Assembly (NCBI RefSeq): GCF_009914755.1
Contig: NC_060926.1
DNA: 64,000 nucleotides
Origin: the human T2T-CHM13v2.0 reference genome, Homo sapiens
Strand: one strand, 5' to 3'
Part shown: positions 53,959 through 64,000 of the stretch, one piece after another
How positions within the stretch are numbered: the first letter of the stretch is position 1
Layout: each line of letters begins with the position of its first letter
Made by a program: the position numbers and the translations under genes
The notes under the pieces: model-generated
What the model was told of the DNA's origin: nothing
The model's database searches: none
The model's input: only the letters and a program-made list of their open reading frames with translations

Positions 53959-55029
53959 ACTCAATAAATCTCACCTTGTCTTTTCCCTTTGGAAACACTA
54001 TAAAACCTCTGCTGAGGTGCAGAGGCAGTATTCCCCCTCACTAATGTAAGCAATAAATTATGCCGTCTTATTTATATGCAGTACCAGTGATACCTGGAAA
54101 GCAAGCATTCCTAACAGAGTTTGGGTAGTCTTCAATTCTAAAGTTGTAAATTTAGAGAAAATATATATTAGAGATATGAAATAATTAATATGGAAACACG
54201 CTTAAGTAAATGGAGTAGAAATAAAATATAAATAAATATAAGTAGAAATGAAATATTTGTATTAATTCATACCAGGTTACTCATTGATTTTAAAATGCTT
54301 TTCACAGTAACTGACAGATTCTTTGAAATCAGATATTTATTTGTAAGCTTCAAATCATTTTTATATAGACATCCTTTTCTCTGCAATAATCTGCCTCAAA
54401 TATCAATGCAAGCTATGCTTATGGCAAAGATTTTCTACTGCCATTTATTGAAAATGTGAACAAAAGCCAGATGCCAGTTGGTATTTTCACTTCACTAAAG
54501 TTAAAGGCAGAGGGAAGTAGAGAAGGGAATAAGAAAAAGCTGTGAACATTTTGAACAAAATAATATTTAATTCTTATTGTATTCTGCCACAAAGATTTCT
54601 GAAAGAGTGGGAGGGAGTGAGAACAACCAAACACTGCTCATAATCATGTGAATTCAGCATGTCTAGACTTTATGAAATTAGCAGTATTCCCCAATGTTAT
54701 GCAAGATCTAAAGAACTCACACATCATGAAATTAAGCATAAGAAACAATGCAAACACAAAGGGAATTAAAATAAACTGCTAAACAATACAGCAAATGTTA
54801 CAGAAATTCTGCCTAACATAGTCTAGGCTGTGACAGCCTTGAACCAGTATTTTAATGACCTCCCTAAACAGAAGAGTTTGTTATCAAAGCAGCTAATTAT
54901 AATCAGAAGAATAAATTCCATGAAAAGGTATTAGACATGCAGTTCACATTTCTGACAAATTTGAAGTGATTTTTTCAGAAGCAGTTGGAAGAATGTAAAA
55001 GCTAGCTGCTTAGATTTTGTTGTTGTTGT

Positions 55030-55530
55030 TGGTAACAGCTTTACTGAGATATAATTCATATATTTAACATGTACAATTTGATGATTTTTATTATATTCAT
55101 AGAGTTGTGCAACCATCACCACAAACAATTTTAAAATATTTGTATCACACTATAAAGAAACCTTTTATATTTTAGCCATCATCTTGCAACTCCAGTCCTC
55201 AGTCCAAAGCAACCACTCATCTACATTCTGTCATTATAGATTTGTGTATTCTGGATGTTTCATATAAGTGCAAGCATAAAATATATTTGCTCCTGGCTTA
55301 TTTCCTTTAGCAGGTTTTCAGAGTTTCACCATGTTGTTGCATGGTTCAGTACTTCATTCATTTATAGTTGAATAATAATTCATTGTGTGGCTGTAACACA
55401 TTTTGTGTAACAAAAAATGTATCACATCAGTTGGCAGTATTATGGATATTTTCTACCTTTTGGTTTATGAATACTATTTCTGAATACTATTCCTATGAAC
55501 ATTCATATATGATATTTGCATCTGCATACG
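55030..55530 (-). mobile_element. L1MB 3' end
   Basis: 'aacagctttactgagatataattcatata...gagttgtgcaaccatcaccaca'. Confidence 0.8.
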
Positions 55531-55746
55531 TTTTTTAAGTTATATTTTTGTGTTTTACTGTTTATTAAAATATAACATGCACACATAAAAGTTTTATAAG
55601 TGCAGAGCCCTATGCATTTTCACAAACTGAGCACCCAGATTAAGAAATAGCAGTAAGTGCACCCTAAACACTTCCCTTTAGCTCTCTTCCAGTCATACGC
55701 CCCTATTCTCACTTCTGACAGCATGGCTTAGTTTTGTCTGTTCCCG

Positions 55747-56070
55747 TTTTTTTTGGTTTTGTTTTAGTTTGTTTTTGTTTTGTTTTTGGAGTTAGAGTTT
55801 CGCTCCCATTGCCCAGGCTGGAGTGCAATGACGCAATCTCTGCTCGCCGCAACCTCCACCTCCTGAGCTCAAGCAACGCTCCTGCCTCAGCCTCCTAAGC
55901 AGCTGGGATCACAGGCATGCACCACCATGCCTGGCTAATTTTGTATTTTTAGTAGACACAGGGTTTCTCTATGTTGGTCAGGCTGGTCTCAAACTCCCAA
56001 CCTCAGGTGATCCTCCCGCCTCGGCCTCCCAAAGTGCTGGGATTACAGGCTTGAGCCACCTTGCCTGGCC
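55747..56070 (-). mobile_element. AluSp-like
   Basis: Reverse-complement Alu with 'gagtttcgctc' and 'tttctctatgttggtcagg'. Confidence 0.93.
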
Positions 56071-56204
56071 AGTTCCTGAGTTTATTATTTTTTTAATAGA
56101 AATGATATAATATTGTATGTAGTCTTTTTCAGGCTTCTTCATTAAGTTTGGGAAACTAATCCATATTTTTACAAGTTGTAGTTTGTTCAATTTTATTGTA
56201 TAAG

Positions 56205-56531
56205 CATCGCTTCTCTGAGTGTAACACAGAGACTCCTAGGGTTCCTGAAACATTTTCAGGGTGTTCACAAGGTCTAAACCATTTTCATTGTAACACTAAG
56301 ATATTCTTCACCTTTCAGTCTTAATCTGTCATAAGCATACAGACGAGTTTTTCAGAGGTTATGTTAAGCGATGGTGCTCATGTGTTCCTGGTTTTCAAAA
56401 CTTTTCAATTTTAATTTTCTGGGTGATAAATATTAATAGATATAACTCACATAAACAAAAGTTCCTTGGTTTCTGTAATAATTTTTAAGCATACAAAGAG
56501 GTATTGAGACTAAAAACCTTGAGAACCATTA
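56205..56531. mobile_element. hAT-Charlie DNA transposon remnant
   Basis: 'aaggtctaaaccattttcattgtaacactaagat' and end 'gatataactcacataaacaaaag...gagactaaaaaccttgagaacc'. Confidence 0.65.
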
Positions 56532-56704
56532 CTGTAATTGGGTGATTTTACCAACATTTATTTTTCAATTAAGTTGTTGATGGGCATTTGGGATTGTTTC
56601 CAATTTTTGGCTTTTATGAATACTGCTTCTAGGAACAGATCTATTGGAGAACATATGGACTCATTTCTATTGAGTATGTATACACCTACAAATGGGATTG
56701 ATGA

Positions 56705-57034
<330 letters not shown>

Positions 57035-58914
57035 CATATTTAGTTTCTAGTAGATGACATCAAAAAGTTTAGGTTCCCTCTGGAGTATGCAGCATTCAAT
57101 GTGCCCACTTGGAAACAGAGATTGGACCCTCAGCAAACACTGAACATGATAGTGCTTTGATCTTGGACATTCCAGCATCCAGAACTGTGAGTAATACATT
57201 TGCTTATAAATTTTGCTAAAAGGTTTCCAGAATGTGTGAACCAGTTTATCCTCCTGCAAGGAATTTATGGAAGTTTCAGTTGCTTTACATTTTCCCCAAA
57301 TTTAGATATTGGTTACCATTATTTTTTAAGCTATTTTTTGATTGTATAGTGGTATTATATCATGGTTTTCATTTGCATTTCTCTGATGACAAGTGAAGTT
57401 GAGCACCTATGCATATTGATCATTTAAATAATAGTTTGTTAATTATTCAGCTATTCTTTTTTCAGGTTTACTGAGGTATAATTGATTAATACAAATTGCA
57501 TGTACTTAAGATGATCAATGTGATGCTCTGAAATTGTGAAATGATCACCACAATCAAGCCAATTAATATATTAATCACCTCACGTAGTTACCGTGTGAGT
57601 ATGGGGGAGGAAAGACCACTTAAGATCTAAATTCTTAGAAAATTTCAAGTACATGATAAAGTATTGTTAACTGTAGTCATCCTTCTGTACATTAGATTTC
57701 CAGAGTTAATTCATCTGGCAAAACTGAAATTTGTATGCTTTGACCAATATCTCCTCATTTCCACCTCCTCCAAGTCCCTGGCAATCACCATTCTACTCTC
57801 TGCTGTTGTGAGTTCAAATTTTTTTAGATTTCATATATCAGTGAGATTATGTAGTACTTGTCTTTAGCGCCTGATTATTTTACTTAGCCTGATGTCCTCC
57901 CAGTTCATCTATGTTGTTGCATATGGCAAGATTTCCACATTTTATTAATCTATTTACCCATCAATGGACACTTGGGTTGTTTCTAAACCTTGGCTATTTT
58001 GAAAACATACTGCTATGAACATGTGGGTACAGATATCTCTTCAAGATAGTAGTTTCATTTCCTTTGGATATATATTCAGAACCGGGATTCCTGGATCATG
58101 TAGTAGTTCTATTTTTTGAAGAGCCTCTATACCGTTTTCTATAAGGGCTGTACAAATTTACATTCCCATGAACAATATGTAAAGGTTACCTTTTCATCAC
58201 ATCCTCACAAACATTTGTTAACGTTTTGACATTTTGGTAAAAATAATTCTAATGGGTGTGATGTTATGTCTTGTTATGGTTTTGATGTGCATTACAGATG
58301 ATTAGTGATATTGCACACATTTTCATATACCTGTTGGTCATTTGTGTGTCTTTTTTTGAGAAATGTGTATTCAGTTTCTTTGCCCCTATTTGAATTGGGT
58401 TATTTGTTTTCTTGCTGTTGAGTTTCTTATATATTTTGGATATTTAACTTCTTATGAAATGTATAAATTATCAATATTTCTCCCCTCATTTATGAAGTCT
58501 TTTCACTCTGTTGACTGTTTCTCTTGCACAGAAATTTTTTAGTTTACTGTAAAGCCATTTGTCTATTTCTGGTTTTGTTGCCTGTGTTTTGCAGGGTCAT
58601 ATCAGAAAAAGAATTTCACACACCAGTGACCTGGAGCTTGCCCCCTATTGCTTTCTTCCAGAAGTTTTACAGTTTCAGTTCTTACATTTAAGTGTTAAGT
58701 TCATTTTGAGCTGATCGTTTTTGTATATGGTGTGAGATACAGTTTTAATTTCATTCTTCTGAATGTAAATATCCTGGTCTCAACAAAATTTGTTGAAGAG
58801 ACTGTTCTTGCCTCATTGTGTTATTACTACTTTTGTCAAAAATCAACTGACTATAAATGGTTGGTTTTATTTCTGGACTTTGTATTTTGCTCCTTTGGTC
58901 TATGTATCTATGTT

Positions 58915-59158
58915 TATGCCAGTGTAATGCATGAACACAACTGATTTTTGCATGTTGACTTTTGTCTTACAACTTTACTCAAATTGTCTATAAGTCTAAA
59001 AGATTTTTGTTGGAGTCTTCAGGGTTTATACTATCATATGCCAGTGTAACTCATGAACACAACTGATTTTTGCATGTTGACTTTTGTCTTACAACTTTAC
59101 TCAAATTGTCTATAAGTCTAAAAGATTTTTGTTGGAGTCTTTAGAGTTTATAATATCA
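58915..59158. repeat. 122-bp two-copy tandem repeat of displaced L1 sequence
   Basis: 'tatgccagtgtaa' at 58915 and 59037; 5 differences over 122 bp. Confidence 0.95.
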
Positions 59159-59793
59159 TGTTTAGATTAGTATAAGTTTAGTAGGTTTTAAAAATAGGCA
59201 GTGTGATACTTTATGCTTTGCACTTTTTTGCTTAAGTTTGTTTTAACTATTCAGGATCTTCGTGTTTACATTGAATATTAGGATTGTTTTTCTATTTCTG
59301 TGAAAACGTCATTAGAATTTTTATAGTAATTACATTGAATCTGTAGATCACTCTGGGTTGTATGGGTATTTTAACACTATTAACTCTTCTAATTTATGAA
59401 CACAGATATCTTCGTATTTATTACTGTCCTATTTAATTTCTTCAATGTTCTATAGTTTTTTGTCCATATATCTTGCTTTTCCTTGGTTAAATGAAATCTT
59501 AATTATTTTATTATTTTTGTAGCTTATGTAAACTCACTTATATTCTTGATTTTTTTTTGTTAATTTGTTGTTAGTGTATGGAAACACTACTGATTTTTAT
59601 ATGTTGATTTTGTACCTTGCAATTTTACTGAATTTTTTATTACTCAAAGTTTTTGTTGGAGCCTTTAGAGTTTATAAGTTCACATCATCTGCAAAGAAAG
59701 ACAATTTAATTTCTTCCTTTCCAATTTGGATGCTTTCTATTTCTTTCTCTTCTCTAATCGCTCTGCCTAGGTTTTTTCATACCTTAGTGAATG

Positions 59794-60290
59794 GGAAGTG
59801 GCATTGTTGTCTGGGGTAATACCCGAGGCTCGTTTTCCCGGGCCAAGGAAATCAAAGATGCAGACACACAAAGATTAAGGTTAAGAGCGGAAGTTTAATA
59901 GGCGAAAGAAAGAGAAAAGCTCTTTCTTGTAGAGAGAGGGGTCCTGAACAGGTTTTCCGGTCCATGGTTATGCAAATGGACTCTCTACCCGGTCAGCACC
60001 ATGTTGCCTGCTTCTTTACTGTACACGTGGTGACAGAGAAAAGGCAAGATGGACCTTCCTCATTGAACATAACTGGCTTCCAGGGTAGCCGTTTTCTATT
60101 GGCAAAGCTGCCAGCATTCATTCGTGCAAGCTTCCAACTTGCTTATCTATGTCTGCAGCTTCATTTTTCAGGCTGCTCTTTGTTAGAAAAGAAATGATTT
60201 TGGGCTGCTTTTTGTTAAAAGGAAAATTCTCCCAAGAACTCTGTTGCACTTACTATCTGCATAAATAATTTCTTTCTATCTCCTGTATCA
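59794..60290 (-). mobile_element. ERV1 solo LTR (MER61-like)
   Basis: Minus strand 'tgatacaggagatagaaagaaattattta' to 'ggtattaccccagacaac...'; flanks aatg / aata. Confidence 0.78.
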
Positions 60291-60770
60291 AATATAAGTG
60301 GCAAGAGTGGTTATTCTTACATTGTTCCAGATCTCAGAGGAAAAATTTTCAACTTTATACCATTGAGTATTACATTAACTATGGGCTTCTAATATATGGC
60401 CTTTCTTGTATTGAGGAGCATTCCTTCTGTAACTAATTTTTTGAGAGTTTTTAATCATAAAATGATGATATATTTTGTCAAATGACTTTTTTTCTGTTTC
60501 TATTAATATGTTCATATGGTTACGTCCTTCATTATGTCAATGTAGTATATAATCTTTATAGATTTATAGACATTGAAGTATGCACCTCTGGGATAAATTT
60601 CTTCTGATCATGGTGAATTATTATCGTAATGTACAGTTGAATTTAGTTTGCTGGTGTTTTGTTGATAATTTTTACTTCTATGTTTATTAGGGATATTGGT
60701 TCCTCCTTTTTTTTCTCGTAGTGTTTTTATCTGGCTTTGGTAACAGAGTAATGCTGGCAGCAGTATACAG

Positions 60771-60925
60771 TTTGTTTGTTTGTTTGTTTTGAGAAGGAGT
60801 CTCGCGCTCTATCGCCCAGGCTGGAGTGCAGCGGCGCGATCTCAGCTCACTGCTAGCTCTGCCTTCCAGGTTCATGCCATTCTCCTGCCTCAGCCTCCCA
60901 AGTAGCTGGGACTACAGGCGCCCAC
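60771..60925 (-). mobile_element. 5'-truncated AluY-like (right arm only)
   Basis: 'ggttcatgccattctcctgcctcagc' Y-type positions; TSD cagtatac at 60761 and 60929. Confidence 0.88.
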
Positions 60926-62081
60926 TGACAGTATACTCTTTTCTTTAACTTTTTTTTTTAAATAGTTTAAGAATGACTAGTTTTCATTTTTAAAAAATGT
61001 CAGGTAGAATTCTGCAGTGAAGCCTTTAGTTCCTGGGCTTTTCTTTGATGGGAGAATTTTATTGCCAACTCAATCTGTTTACTCATCATTGGTCTCTTTA
61101 AGTTTTCTATTTCTTCATAATTCCGTCTTGGTACATTCCATGAGTCTAGCAATTTATTCATCTGTTCTAAGTTATCCAATTTTTAGCATATAATTGTTTA
61201 TTGTGATCTCTTAGGATTCTTTGTTTCTGTAGTGTGAGTTATTTCTTCTTTTCTATTTTATTCATTTGAATTTTCTTCCTTTTTTCTTAGTCTAGCAAAA
61301 TGTTTCTCAATTTTGTTTATCTTTTTAAAAAACTCAGTTTTGTTCATCTCTAGTATTTTTCCAGGCTCTGTTTCATTTATTCTGTTCTGATGTTTTTTAT
61401 TTCCTTTTCTCTATTAACTTTGGGCTTTGTTTGTTCCGCGTTTTCTATTTCCTTTAGGTGAAATGTTTGGTAGTTTACTTAAGATGTATCTATCTTCCTT
61501 TCTTTTTGAATATAGATGTTCATTGCTATTAAACTCCTTTTTAAAACTGCTTTCCTGCATCCAGTATGTGTTGGCATGCTGTGTGTGTATTTTTAATTGT
61601 TTCAAGATATTTTTAAAATTTTCATTTTTAATTCCTTTTTTGATTTATTGATGGCTAAGGAGCATGTTAATTTCCACATATTTGTGAATTTCTTGGAGCT
61701 CCTCATGTTCCTCATTTCTATATTTATACCATTGCAGTCACACAACATACTTGATATAATTTAAATTTTCTTAAATTTGATAAGACTTTTATTATGGCCT
61801 CACATATTATCTATCCTGGATAATGTTTCATGTGTACTTGAGAACAAGGCATTTTTTGCTACTGTTAGATATTTCTTATATGTCTCCTGATTCCATTTGT
61901 ACTATAGTTCACATCCAGTGTTAAAGTTTTCTACTGAGCTTCAACCCAAAGAAAACTTCACCAGGATGTAACCTAATCACTATCAAAAATTAAAGAGAAA
62001 TAGATAATTTTGAAAACAGCAAGTGAAAAGCGGTTTATATTTGCTTTATTTATTCAGGTGCTGTGATGTAGGTGTATATGT

Positions 62082-62313
62082 AAGGCTGAGTATCACTTCT
62101 CTGAAAAGGTTTGGATTATAGTGTCTTGGATTTAAAATTTTGGTGGGGGGGTGGGGTTTAGAATATTCACTGTATACTTAACCACTGAGCATTCCTAATC
62201 CAAAAATCTGAAATCTAAAATGCTACAGTGAGATGGTCATGGTGGTGGTCATAAAGTTTCGAATTTAGAATCATTCAAAATTTTAGATTTTCAAGTTAGG
62301 ATGTTTATTCTGT
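62082..62313. mobile_element. Tigger4/MER46 (Zombi) DNA transposon
   Basis: 'aggctgagtatcacttctctgaaa...gagcattcctaatccaaaaatctgaaatctaaaatgct...ttaggatgtttattctg ta'. Confidence 0.75.
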
Positions 62314-62516
62314 ATTTCCAGTTGCTATATGTGATTGATGACTTGATAATTTTATCATTGTATAATAACCTGCTTTGTCTTTAATAGTTTTTGACTTAAT
62401 TTCTGTTTTGTTTGGTATAATGTAGTTACTCATATAATTTTTTTGGTTTCCATTTGCATGGAATATACTTTTCTATCCCTTCAATTACTACTTTTCTAAT
62501 TTTTAAAAATGGATAC

Positions 62517-62929
62517 TTTCATGCGCGTCCATGTGAAGAGACCACCAAACAGGCTTTGTGTGAGCAACATGGCTGTTTATTTCACCTGGGTGCAGGCGGG
62601 CTGAGTCCGAAAAGAGAGTCAGCAAAGGGAGACAGGGGTGGGGCCGTTTTATAGGATTTGGGTAGGTAAAGGAGAATTACAGTCAAAGGGGAGTTGTTCT
62701 CTGGTGGGCAGAGTGGGGGTCACAAGGTACTCAGTGGGGGAGCTTTTGAGCCAGGATGAGCCAGGAGAAGGAATGTCACAAGGCAGTGTCATCAGTTAAG
62801 GCAGGAACAGGCCATTTTCACTTCTTTTGTGGTGGAATGTCATCAGTTAAGGCAGGAACCGGCCATCTGGATGTGTACGTGCAGGTCACAGGGGATATGA
62901 TGGCTTAGCTCGGGCTCAGAGACCTGACA
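62517..62929 (-). mobile_element. HERV-H LTR7 solo LTR
   Basis: Minus strand 'tgtcaggtctctgagcccgagctaagccatcatatcccctgtgacctgcac...ggacgcgcatgaaa'; perfect 5-bp TSD gatac; TATA (cctataaaa) and AATAAA intact. Confidence 0.95.
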
Positions 62930-62967
62930 GATACATGATAGATATACATATTTTCATGATTCATGTG

Positions 62968-63256
62968 TTTATTTATTTATTTACATATTTATTTTGGAAT
63001 CTTGCCCTGCTGCCCAGGCTGGAGTGCAGTGGTGCAATCTTGGCCTCCCAGGTTCAAACAATTCTCCTGCCTCAGCCGCCTGAGTAGCTGAGATTACAAG
63101 CAACTGCTACCATGCCTGGCTAATTTTTGTATTTTTAGAAGAGATGGGGTTTCACCATGTTGGCCAGGCCAGTCTCAAACTCCTGACCTCAAGTGATCTG
63201 CCCACCTTGGCCTCCCAAAGTCCTGAGATTATAGGTGTGAGCCATTGTGCCTGGCC
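62968..63256 (-). mobile_element. AluS (Sx-like) with a small internal deletion
   Basis: Reverse-complement Alu lacking 'cactgcaacctctg'; flanking catgtg. Confidence 0.92.
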
Positions 63257-64000
63257 CCATGTGATAATTTAATACATACCTATAATTTGTAAGATCAAAT
63301 AATTGTAATTTCAGCCCTCCATTTTCAATTTCTGTGTGTCCTTGAAGGTAAAGTGAGTCTCTTGTCAGCAGTATATACTTGCATGCTTTTACCTTCATTC
63401 AGCTATTCTATGTCTTTCAATTGGAGAATTTACTCTGCTTACATTAAAAGTAATTATTGATAGGTAGTGATTTACTAGTGAAATGTTAATTGTTTTATGG
63501 TCGTTTTGCATATATTTTGTTTCTTTTTTTCTCTCTTATTGTCTTCCTTTGTGATTAGATGATTTTTCTGTAGTGAAATACTTTGATTTTTTATTTTTAT
63601 ATTTTCTTTATTTACTATAGGATATTGCTTTGTGGTTACCATGGGGCTTACATAAAACATCATGTAATTATAATACACTTCTTCAAGCTGATAAGAACTT
63701 ATATTTGTTTGCCTACAAAAACTCTACACTTTTACTTTCCCCCCACATTTTACATTTTTGATGTCACAAATTACATATTTTTATATGTTCCTTAACAAAT
63801 TATTATGGCTATGATTATTTATAATCATATTTAGTTCTTCCTATTAAAGATATACATTATTTACTCATCACCATTACTGTTGCACTGTATTCTGAATTTT
63901 TCTATATACTGCCTTCCTTCAGTTAGTTTTCTGAATACATATTTTCATGTTATTAATTAGCATCCTTGTTCTTTAAGCTTGAAGAATTTTCTTTAGCATT

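Larger units (their letters stand above)
57455..64000 (-). mobile_element. Long L1MA-type element (3'UTR and ORF2, continuing past the window end) with many nested insertions
   Basis: 3' end 'tttttcaggtttactgaggtataattga'; collinear antisense ORF2 motifs (e.g. [13 protein letters not shown] in the track) out to the window end. Confidence 0.85.

Noticed and set aside
58915-59158. Tandem repeats as a CRISPR-like array
   Set aside because: Eukaryotic context, only two copies, no unique spacers and no cas genes
59794-60290. p53 response element expected in MER61-type LTRs
   Set aside because: I could not find two adjacent RRRCWWGYYY half-sites; the candidates are degenerate

Overview
AT-rich, repeat-dense primate (catarrhine, human-like) genomic DNA with no supportable protein-coding gene, tRNA, rRNA or CRISPR array. 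The ORF track is explained by Alu, L1 and LTR sequence or by chance AT-rich frames. The window is a nested record of transposable elements: about 13 Alu/FLAM copies, old and young L1s, a full THE1 MaLR element, a half MER4 provirus with its primer-binding site, solo LTRs (MER50-, MER4-, MER61-like, THE1, MLT2A, MLT1, HERV-H LTR7) and DNA transposons (MER2, MER5A, MER30, MER44, Tigger4, Charlie, MADE1). The standout is a near-perfect inverted repeat in apparently non-TE sequence: 180-bp arms at 36216-36395 and 36564-36743 (178/180 identical) around a 168-bp spacer that holds a candidate splice acceptor. Other unusual items are a degenerate AT-rich palindrome near 26 kb, a twin-primed L1 with a multi-kb gap, an L1 5'UTR fused to its own 3' end, two templated insertions in one L1, and recent tandem duplications inside LTRs. 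Repeat subfamily names are from remembered consensus sequences, not a RepeatMasker run.
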